From: the human T2T-CHM13v2.0 reference genome, Homo sapiens
Reading direction: 5' to 3' (one strand)
NCBI RefSeq assembly: GCF_009914755.1
Contig: NC_060933.1
DNA length: 64,000 nt
Made by a program: the position numbers and the translations under genes. The notes beneath the pieces were generated by a model. That model ran no database searches, had not been told where the DNA came from, and was given only the letters and a program-made list of their open reading frames with translations. Numbering within the stretch: position 1 is the stretch's first letter; every line of letters begins with the position of its first letter. Below, piece after piece: positions 31,505 through 42,775 of this stretch.

Positions 31505-33396
31505 AGTTTTTTGTTTTGTTTTGTTTTTTGTTTTTTAAGACTTAACTTTGTTACTCTTTGTTTTGTTTAACATTTCAGGATCATATGCCAAGTAATAGAG
31601 GAACATTTGTTAGGTTGGGCTAGGAATGGGGACTGGGGTAAGGCCGACTGTAGTTCTAAGAAGAGGTTCCAGTTTAACACCATTTCTTTAAAGAATTTTA
31701 CCGTATTTTAATTCAGAGCAAAAGCCACACAGCTGCATATAGGCGTAAGTGAGTCCTTTGAGGAAGTAGGTGACTGAGCTGTAACAAGTCAAGATCATAC
31801 AGCCGAGGGATTGCAGTGCATGTCTCTTTTCATTCTGAAAGAACTTCTCACTATTTAAAAACTATTTTTAAAGTTACGAAATATTTTGAAATATAGTAAA
31901 CTTTTTTGGCCTTTTTTTCTTCTTTTGCTTCTTGTCTTCAGTCTGCATATTTTTTTTTTTACCGAAAGCCCACCTCTCTAGTAAGTGTGAAAGGAAGAGA
32001 GTGAGAAACTGGTGGTGTGACCTCTACTCTGGAGCCCCGTGTCCCTTCTGAGAAAGATGCCTCTTGTTGTAGAGAGGACACACAGTGGTTCTGCTCAGCT
32101 GCACTTGGGCATGGAGAACAAGAACCGATATAGACGAAGGCCTGAATCCGCAGAGGGAGACCCTGGGTTAGGAGGCACTTCTGCAGCCTTCAGAAAATGC
32201 AGACAAATTAATTCACTTATTGGACTGCTTTAATAGAATAGTGGCTTGCTCTGTGGATTCACAGAGGATTATTTGAGGTCAATGATTGGAATGTGATTTT
32301 AGAAAATATTCTTTCCTTGGAATTCTTTGGTTTTATGCTGTAATGTAGTTTGTTTGTTTGCTTTAAAGGAAAGTTTGTGCTTTCAAGGAAGGTTTTAGGA
32401 TGAAATGGCCAAAAATCAAAAAACAAAAATGATCATCTTCACTTGAATGCGGGTGCTACATGAGTCTAGCCTTAGATTTGTATTATTCCAAAGTTAGGTA
32501 AGTGAGGTCAGCCACAAGATATTATACACTAGACATTTTACATTGATTTAAATTATATGGTTGGAGCTTGAATAGATTTTATAATATTCTTTGGACCAAA
32601 CCTGCCTATCAGAATCACCTGTGAACAGTTTTTTAAAATAATAGCGACTTTGATCGCACACGTGGAGGTGCAGATCTAGCCAACATACTGTTTTAGGAAC
32701 AGCTCCTTGTATTGTCTGTGCCATGCGTGTGTGTGCGCCATGCATGCACGTGTGGGGTGTGTTTGTGTGCACTTCTGTGTGTATCTACGCCTGTGTGTGA
32801 GTGACCACTTGATCATGCACACACATCCCTTAGAGGCACGGACTTGTGGACTTATCGGTCAGTTAGGAATGTGTTGTGTGCACGTGTGTCTATGTGCGTG
32901 TTGCATGCAAGTGTGAGGTGTCTGTGACTACACACATGCCAGTCTCATTATTCCCAGCTTCTCATACTGCAGTTGTTTTTGTTTGGTACAAAGGTGGAAG
33001 CTCTGCCAAGGTTTTTTCTTGATGCGAGCCAGGATCGAAGGGCTATGGTGTTTAAAGCTTGCGAGCTGAAGGCCCTTGGAAGGCAGGAACCTCAGACAAA
33101 TTGTAGTCTGTAAGATTCCTGGTCGTTCTCTGGGGGGAGTCAACAATGATCTGTGCTTCACTCCCAGCGTCTGTTGACCATGCTTGGCTCTCAGGAGGCC
33201 GGACCAAGGACAGCGTTTGCACTCCTGGTCTCACCACGCCCAGTGTTGGCTTAGGGAACCTCTTGTGAATGCAGCCATGGACATTTGCTTTTCAGAGAAC
33301 GAGAGTGAAGGTTTGGGGAATGTTTCTGTCCTTACCTATATTGGCAGTAGGCAGTGTGAGAGGTGGTGGTTCTTGGGTTGTGTTCCCCTTGCCTGG

Positions 33397-33774
33397 TGTT
33401 TTCCTCTGATTTCATACTGCTATAAAGAACTGCCTGAGACTGGATAATTTATGAAGGAAAGAGGTTTAATTGACTCACAGTTCAGCATGGCTGGGGAGGC
33501 CTCAGGAAACTTAGCATCATGGCAGAAGTTGAAGGGGAAGCAAGGCACCTTCTTAACAAGGCAGCGGTAAGAAGTGTCGAGTGAAGGGGGAAGAGCCCCT
33601 TATACAACCATCAGATCTTGTGAGAACTCATTCACTATCATTAGAAGAACATGGGAGAAACTGCCCCTATGATCCAATTACCTCCACCTAGTCTCTCTGC
33701 CTAGACACGTGGGGATTATGGGGATTATAATTCAAGATGAGATTTGGGTGGGGATGTGCAGCCTAACCATATCA
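33397..33774 (-). mobile_element. THE1 (THE1C/D-like) solo LTR, ERVL-MaLR
   Basis: TG...CA termini, about 378 bp; gaggtttaattgactcacagttc, ggggaggcctcaggaaactt, ttcaagatgagatttgggtgggga; near-TSD cctgg/actgg. Confidence 0.92.
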
Positions 33775-35079
33775 ACTGGTGTTCAGATGAAGAGGTTGTA
33801 GAAGCATATCTACTGCTTAAAGAGGGAAATTGGAGTCAGCAAGCTCTGGGCTTGGTTTTCTTCCACATTTAAAACAAACCCAAGGAAGAGATGGTGCAGC
33901 CGTGCAAGCCCCTGGTGGATCTGTTGTGTCTCACACAGGTTTTCTATTTTCTCTGTGTCTTCAGCAGTGTGCATCTTACTTAAACCGCCTCAGGGCTCCT
34001 TTCATCCCCAGGCCCAGTCCTCAGCTTGACACATCATAGGCCCTCAGCACCTAAGTGTTCTGAGAGGGAGTGCAGCTCCTAGAGGTCCATGTCCCATGTC
34101 CTCCTGCTTCCTGCATATCATTTGGGCCCCAGTCGGTCCTTGTTACTGGGGGTCTTGTGCTGTCTCTGGAACAGCCCTTTATGGGCACCATCTACTCACT
34201 CATTCACTTCTGTTGGCTGACGTGGCCCCTGAGCTCTCTTCCTGTGCTTAGTTAGGCCGCGCGAGGCCAGAGGTTGAGTGGGGAGGCTTCCAGCCCCTGC
34301 CTTCTGTCCCAGCTTCAGGCTGGCCTGGTTCCATGTCCTGCTGTCCTGCTTCAGCCATTCCTCTATGTGGCTTTCAGTCCTCTCACAGATTTCTTCATTT
34401 TTGCAAGGTAGCGTGGGAATGATGACTAGCACATGGCAGCACACATCAGGCAGGTTTATGAAATTATGTTTTAAGAGAACACAGAATCACAAATTACTCA
34501 TCCTGTATATGTGTTAAAATGTGTAACCTAATTGCTGAACAATGAAAAGCAATTCCTTTTATATTTAAAAACTCACTAGTTAGCTGAGAACCGAATGGTA
34601 GTTGCAATGTACTTTAAATAGAAAAGTCCTCTTGCTTGACAAAGGTAAAGGAAACTGTTCGGTCCGACTTTGTTCCTTTCATGCCTGCCAGGGCTTCTGG
34701 TTTCACGGAGACCTCAGGCTAGGAGCAGCCCTGAGCAGGGAGACTGAGTTACAGAGAATCCCCACCAAGTTGCAGGCAGAGGGACAGCCGAGGCCCTCAG
34801 GAAGTACACGAGAGCAGAACCACTATGGCAAGTTCACTGAGAAATCTGGAAAGTTAGAATCCCAGCCCGAGTCCATCAAATCGAGCATCATAAAATTAAG
34901 TTTTCCTTACTGTGAAATGGCAATTTGTAATGATTTCTGAGAAGTGGGACCCATGGTGGTGTCGATGTCTGAGCCAGGTGAGGGTGAGATCCCTGGCGCC
35001 ATGGGCTGGCCCCCAGGATGCCCTGGAAAACGCATTCTGTTCACAGCTGTGTGATTCTTTTCTTTCTGTGTTGGTGAAG

Positions 35080-35180
35080 CAGCCAGACCCGGTCCGTTTG
35101 GAATGCCTGGGATGGTGCCGCCGCATGTTCCTCCTCAGATGCTCAACATTCCGCAGACCTCTCTGCAAGCAAAGCCCGTG
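35080..35180 (+). CDS. FAM120A: FAM120A coding exon 6 (101 nt, (A)ARPGPFGMPGMVPPHVPPQMLNIPQTSLQAKPV)
   Basis: Acceptor ggtgaag|CAG (tandem NAGNAG, alternative start 35083) and donor GTG|gtaagg; phase 1-0. Confidence 0.95.
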
Positions 35181-35395
35181 GTAAGGCCTTCCCTGCGTTG
35201 GGTCGGGTGGCGGGTCTCAGACAGGGTGCGTGCATTGAATTTCAACGAATGCTAAAATAAGTTCCTAACCTCTTGAATTGATACGTGAAATAGATGCCAG
35301 TGTTTGTTGAAATAAAAATGAGCCAGGAAACGTCAGCCTGGGCCTGAGTCGGGTCCTGCTGGCCACGTGTGCGTGACCTGTGCCCTTCGCTTCAG

Positions 35396-35682
35396 GCCCC
35401 ACAGGTGCCCAGCCCAGGGGGCGCCCCGGGCCAGGGTCCATACCCGTACAGCCTCTCTGAGCCAGCACCTCTCACTTTGGACACGAGCGGGAAGAATCTG
35501 ACGGAGCAGAACAGCTACAGCAACATTCCTCACGAAGGGAAGCACACGCCGCTGTATGAGCGGTCCTCGCCCATCAACCCGGCCCAGAGCGGCAGCCCCA
35601 ACCACGTGGATTCCGCCTACTTCCCTGGCTCTTCTACATCGTCATCTTCCGACAACGACGAGGGCAGCGGAGGGGCGACAAA
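35396..35682 (+). CDS. FAM120A: FAM120A coding exon 7 (287 nt, APQVPSPGG...DEGSGGAT), Pro/Ser-rich disordered region
   Basis: Acceptor cttcgcttcag|GCC and donor CAAA|gtgagt; overlaps ORF 35369..35686; phase 0-2. Confidence 0.97.
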
Positions 35683-36628
35683 GTGAGTGGTGCGTGGGTC
35701 GCTGGGTGCTTCCTGGCGGGTAGTGACCTGGGGAAGCTGCCTTCTGGCCTGCCAGCCCAGCTGGTGTTTTGCTCAGAGATGTAGTTTATTGCAGGTGGGT
35801 GATGGTCAGTCTGTACTCAGATGGGGGCTCCTTGGACAGAGAGGAGAGAGGAAGAGTAGGTATGTTCTTGAAGTTTCCATGATTTAAAATCTGCACTATC
35901 CCAGCCCCATGGCCTGGAGCCACAGGAAACTTTCTGGGGAGGAATTTGACAAGAACTGGTTTGTGTGATGACCAAAACATGGGGGCATTTGTCCGGTGTG
36001 GTGCCACTCACACCCGTCACAGCAACCCCCTGCCGACCCCCGAAACATTAATCTTCTGGCTCCTGGATCAAGGGAGCTCTGAATTTCCTCTCCTTCTCCT
36101 AAACTCAGCAGGTTACAGGACACTTTGGAAATAACACTGTTTGCCCAAGCAAAACCCTAGAAAGCTGCCTAGACCCAGGCTGGAATTGTTTCCTTAGAGG
36201 AGTATTTTAAACACTGTGTGTCCCTGAATAAATGGGTTCACAAATACATAGTTGGTTAAAATTTGATCGAGGAAATCTTTAATTTGCACTCCTCCCTTTC
36301 TTTAAATTGTCTTATGTTTAAAACAAAAAAAACAGGGAAAGAATATTTCTTTTCTTTAAGTCAGTGTCTCCTTTTCCTTGGTGTGAACTCTACTTTACAG
36401 CGCAGATAACCAGGGCTGGTTGATGTTACATCTGTTTCTGATGTAGGAAATGTAAGAGACATAGGTGTCAGCTTCCATGCCAGTTCTTACCTTGTGTGTC
36501 ACCTGAAGCAGGTGATCTTTTCCTCTCTGTCCTCTGTCCATCTGTGAAATGGGAATAAATGTCTGTTGACCCAGGGCAGAGCTTACTGAAGGACTCTCTG
36601 CCATCCAGGGATGCATACCCTGTTTATA

Positions 36629-36712
36629 GCAGAGAAGTATAACATTAATAAATGTTGATTTGTTGTATGTGCAGAGAAGTATAAAATTAATAAATGTTTA
36701 TTTGCTGTATAT
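36629..36712. repeat. 42-bp tandem duplication (2 copies)
   Basis: gcagagaagtataacattaataaatgttgatttgttgtatgt versus gcagagaagtataaaattaataaatgtttatttgctgtatat. Confidence 0.9.
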
Positions 36713-38241
36713 GCAATGCCAAGACTCTAAAATGAAGTAAAGAGTTGCAATTGAATATTCAAATTTTTAAATTAACCTCTAGCAAGATAATATATTGAGT
36801 ACCCATTGAATCAGAATCTCTGGTTGGGGCCCCCAAATTTGCATTTTAAATAAGCACCTCAGTCAGTCTTTAGCACACTGAAGTTTGAGAACAACTGCTT
36901 GATGGTCTTGGAAGCCCTTATGTGCCAGATTTCTAAGGCATGTGCATTTTGTTGTAAAACGTGACTCATGTCAGCAAGGTCCAAGTGTCTGTACAATACA
37001 GTTTTTGTCTTAGTAAGAAATGTTCTTTCTAAACTGTGAAACATAGGTAAGAAGTAAGACAAAAAGCAAAAGAAGTAAGCTTTATGACCCCAACAAGAGT
37101 TCCATGCTAGTGATGGAGATGTGGAAACCAGGTCAAGGTGCTGACTTGGGGACGTGGGTGGTGACTGGGGCATGTTTCAGTTGAGGTGCTTGTTCCTCCG
37201 GTGGGGAGGGATTGAGAAGAATGTGAGTTGCCCATCTAATTTGGCAAGTTGTCTTTGTTAGGATGAGCTGAACTTGGAGTGAGTAGGACTGCCTGAGCAT
37301 GTCCTGTCTTTTCTGGGTATGCACTTCCTACCTGTCTGTGAAGGTTCTGGTCAGCTTTTTGGAGCTCTGGGCATCTGACCTCTCCAAGTGCTTATTGTCT
37401 TTATTCCTGGTATGGCATCTTTACTGTTTTCTGGAGATGCATCTTGTTTCTGCCACTGGAATTTGACCTGCTCGGGGTCTTGTGTTTTGCCATCCTTGTG
37501 GTATGAAGTGCCATGAGGAATGCAGGGTACACCCTATAATAAGGAAGAGACAGACATGTTAGACTTGAGATGAATGAAGGCAGAGGAGACAAGCGTGCTT
37601 GTTCCTGAAGGCTTTGGGGTCAGAAACTAGCATTCAACTTGGGGTGAAACCCTTGATCACAGGCATCCTTTGCTTGTGGCAGGTGCAGGGTATGACGCGT
37701 GTGCCAAGTAGAGACAGTGTTCATGATTTTCAGCAAGGGTTCTAGTGTGTTGAATTGGTTGTATCTGCAGTGTATAATGTGCCCCTTAGGCTGTGCATAA
37801 GAGAACAAAGAATTGCTTTTATAGTTTAGAAAAAAAGTCACTACTTTTTTACCCTTTGGTTTAGAATTGAATGAGGACCCCGGGACCTACGTTGCCTTTT
37901 CAGGATGGCCCTAAGGGAACAGAAATTATTCATTCTCTTAGCAAGAAATACTTGGGCATTTATTTACCAGTGAACAGGGCAGAGGACAGGAGTGATGAGG
38001 TCTGTGCGCAGAGCTTGCATTCTGGAGGAGAGTATGTAAGCAGTGAACATAGAAGCCCTGACGAGTGCGTGAAGAAGACATGCCGAGAGTGAGGAGCGGG
38101 GAACTGGGAGCACCAGAGCAAAGGAGGGCAGGAAAACTGGGAGAAAGAAGTGAGCCAGCTGATGGCCTGTGGTGTGAGGACCAGCAGGGCTGGGCCGTGC
38201 ACAGCTGGATGTGTTCTACGTGCCACGGGAAACATCTAGAG

Positions 38242-38451
38242 CAAACTTGTTCATCCCGTGGCCCACGGGCCGCACGCAGCACAGGATGGAGGCCCAACAC
38301 AAATTCATAAACTTCCTTAAAACATTGAGATTTTTTTTCTGATTTTTTTTTTAAAGCTCATTAGCTATTGTTAGTCTATTTTATATGGGGCCCAAGACAA
38401 TTCTTCTTCTTCCAGTGTGGCCCAGGGATGCCAAAAGGTTAGACACTCCTG
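38242..38451. mobile_element. MER30 (hAT-Charlie) non-autonomous DNA transposon
   Basis: ggcccaacacaaattc...ggcccaagacaattcttcttcttcc...gtggcccaggga; 8-bp TSD atctagag/atccagag. Confidence 0.88.
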
Positions 38452-38662
38452 ATCCAGAGTGTGCTTAGCATGACCTTAGGCTGGAGAGACCCTGGTGTTT
38501 CTTTGGAGGTGAGTTTACTCACACCTTGATGCCATTTGCCCTCGGGACAGTGGGTCTCCGGACAGTCAGACCATTCAGCTGGTGGAAACAGTTGAACTCC
38601 AGAACTCTGGTCTTAAAATATATTGATGGTAGAAATGTTTATATATATGTATGTATTTTTAA

Positions 38663-38954
<292 letters not shown>

Positions 38955-39289
38955 AGAAACATTTATAATTTCTAGACTGTAAAATAGTGGAGGCGATTGG
39001 CCTTCTAGATGCATAGCAAGGTGTGACCCCACCTGCTGCACTCTGCCTTTCATTGTCCAGACCTAACTTCTCCTGTCTTCTGTAGTGTACGTTCAGTGAT
39101 ACCACAAGGAAGGAATAATGTGGGACACCCTGCAAAATAAATGGCCTAGTTTCCCCAACAATGAATCAGTGGCACTCTTTTAAAGGGTGGTAGTGATGGG
39201 CGATGGGGATTGTTACATAAAAAAAGAGACAACAAAAAAAGAAAAAAGCTTCTTATGAATTAAAAAGGTAAGTGGTTTTCTAAAATTAT

Positions 39290-39780
39290 TATTATTATTT
39301 TTTTAGGGACAGGGTCTTGCTGTTTCACCCAGGCTGGAGTGCAGTGGGACCATCATAACTCACTGCAGCCTCAAACTCCTGGGCTCAGGTGATCCTCATA
39401 CCTTAGCATGTTCCGCCTGAGACGAAAGACATGTTCCACCACACCCAGCTAACCTGTATTATTTGTAGTTATGGGGTACCGCTGTATTGCCCAGGCTGGT
39501 TTCAAACTCCTGGCCTCAAGCAATCCTCCTACCTCTGCCGAAAGTGCTGGGATTACAGGCATGAGCCACTGTGTGCAGCTGATGGCAACTGTTTTAAATG
39601 GAAAAAGATACAACTGTGCTGGGTATGGTACTGTACACCTGTAGTCCCAGCTACTCGGGAGGCTGAGGTGGGAGGATCACTTGAGCCCAGGAGGTTGAGG
39701 CTGCAGTGAGCTATGATCATACCTGTGAATGGCCAATGCGCTCTCTCCTGGGCAATGTAGTGAGATCTCATCTCATCTCT
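39290..39780. mobile_element. Antisense AluJ (about 39290-39578) followed about 40 bp later by a sense Alu monomer (about 39618-39780)
   Basis: Reverse Alu ending catgagccactgtg, then forward gctgggtatggt...tagtcccagctactcgggaggctgagg. Confidence 0.85.
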
Positions 39781-40747
39781 TAAAGGTATAAGCATGGAAT
39801 TCACAAGGGAAGCAGCCATCAAGAAACATAAAAAGTTGTTCACCGTCACTAAGAATATCAAAATTCTACAACTTAGACCATAAGATACCTTTTACAAAAG
39901 CCTATAAAATTGTCAAACATTTATTTTTAAAAATAAAATGTGGTGGGCGGTTATGGGTGGAGTTATTGGGTCCTGGCTGTCGCCACTGAGCATTGCTGAA
40001 TGTTGTCATGACTTGTGGACTTCTCAGAGCTGCGAGCATGCGGGTGCTCTTTGTGGAGATTTGCTCTGTGCCTGTAGGAAGGTGGGTGTGTGGTGTGCAT
40101 TGCAGCAACATTGGTGGAACAGATGTGTGTGCCCCCATGCTGTCATCAGGGTTCATTGCACAGGAGCCTCATACACACTACAGAAAATATGCTCTTGTAA
40201 CCCCAAGTTCATGGGGAGGCATCCACACAGATGGCAGCAGATCAGGAAATGCTCTCAGCCAGTCCTCAGGGGCAGTAGGGCAGCCTTCATCTGGGTGCGC
40301 TTGGCAGCCCTGAACTTTATCTCTTCTTTTCGTTGTATTTCTTTAATATCTTATTCAGCATTTTAGTTTCTTTAGTTGGATGAGTTGTTCAGTGTCTTTG
40401 TACTGTACAGTTCTCCTGTGCTGTTGGAATGGACGTCATGGGCTATGTTACTCTTTTGAAATACAAATTTCTCTTTAGAAGTTTTGGAAAATCTGTTAGA
40501 GGAGGAGTTCTGAGAATATGAGAAGACTTCTTGCCACATAGTTGTGCCTGCCCGATGTATTTTTCCAAAAAAATTGAAGGTGAACCTGTTGGAAGCTCAG
40601 TTCTGAGTTTAATTGACTACTTTGCAGAGACACAACACTCTCTTTCTAGCATGTCCCTTGGAAGAAAATAGGCTGGTGCTTGGGTGGTGATCAGAACTGG
40701 CAGTTATTCTAGGCCTAAAACAGTTTGGCAATAAAATAAGAAAAAGG

Positions 40748-41010
<263 letters not shown>

Positions 41011-41217
41011 AAAGAAAGAAAAGGAATGAAGTGTGTGGCTTTCTAAGTAATGTCTCCTCCAGTTCCTTTGTTAGAACAGTAGAGCAGTACCAGCATACAC
41101 TTGCTTTATTCTTGTTTAAATTTTAAAAATTAAAGTGACATTCTTGTCTTTTTTCCCTTCCTGGTGCCTGTCAGATGTTTGTAATCTTGTTTCAGTTGAA
41201 TTAAGAATTACAGTTGA

Positions 41218-41538
<321 letters not shown>

Positions 41539-42691
41539 TTATTTTATGTTATTTTCATAGATTCATTTGGACTTGCAGAATCTGAATCAAATCTGAGGTT
41601 ACTGTATTACAATTTTTAATTCTTTGTTTTATATCTTTTTTCTAATTATCATCTTGATACAAAGTTATATAGAATTCAAACACTGGACAATACAGTATAG
41701 AGAATTCCCCATGATCCTACTTCTAGAGAGGTAATTATATTTGAAAGATTGGTGAATATTCAAGCACCTTATTTTCCTCTGCATCTGCTAAAATAAGATT
41801 TTTACAATAACTAGGTCCTATCTTAGGGAGAGTAACTTGCCCTTTTTCCTTTTCTTCCATCTTTTATCCTTAATATACTTACGTAACTATGTATTCTTAT
41901 TTGTGCATGTAAGTATTAATATGTACATGTACTTAATACCCAATATTTAATAAGATCTATATACATCCACTTTATTGCTTTAATATTTTTGCATAAAATT
42001 ACTGACATTTTTAAATGGATATGTAAAAGTCCTTATTGAGAGAGAAGACTGAGTTTTTTTCCACCTTGTGACCTTGTTTGTATAAATGGGTTTCATTTTC
42101 TTGAGAACTTATGTATGTATCTTAGGAGAGAAAGCCCTGTGGAACAAGGACATCTCCACATTTATTTTTATTTTGACATGTAGTGTTATGGAGGCATCTT
42201 TTGCATAAGTCTTGTATCCCCCTCCCCTGTTAATTTTTGCTAATGACATGTACTCCCTGGACCAAATCTGGACTGTGAAAGATGAACCACAGGAAGGCAG
42301 GCTGTTTGGTGTTAGCATGCTCTGTGAGCAGCACTGAGACCTAGCTGTTGGCAGGAACCGGTTTGCTCAGAGTCTCTTGGTTGGTATTTCTAGGTGATGT
42401 TGTGACCTGAAGCTCGCAGAACCTCAGAGCATTCAAATGTGCGTGACAGGTTTGCTGAGTTGTTTGTGTATTAAATTAGCTGATGAAAAAGCTCAATGAA
42501 TGGTAGCTATCACTACTTTTTAAAAATTAACTCTTAGTATGCTAGAAAATCAGAACACTGATGTGGTTTTTAATGTAAAATAGCTAAAAGAATTTTATTT
42601 GGCTCCCTTTGATCTGGTATCCCAGGAAGTTTGTGCCTGATGTGCCTCTTTTGCTTGAAGATGGTGTTGAATGTTTTTCTTGTCCTTTAAG

Positions 42692-42775
42692 GCCTTTCCA
42701 ACTCTACTTGCAAAAAAACTTTGTGTTTCACAAAGAGAATTCCATCGTGCTCTGCTCCAGGATCCTGAGGCATGG
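42692..42775 (+). CDS. FAM120A: FAM120A alternative in-frame cassette exon (84 nt; N replaced by KPFQLYLQKNFVFHKENSIVLCSRILRHG)
   Basis: Acceptor tttttcttgtcctttaag|G and donor TGG|gtaggt; length divisible by 3; stop-free in the phase 2-2 frame needed between exons 7 and 8; agrees with my memory of a +28 aa isoform. Confidence 0.75.

Noticed and set aside
39902-40366. 142-aa Cys/Trp-rich ORF
   Set aside because: Lies in degraded L1-like sequence with no splice-compatible context.
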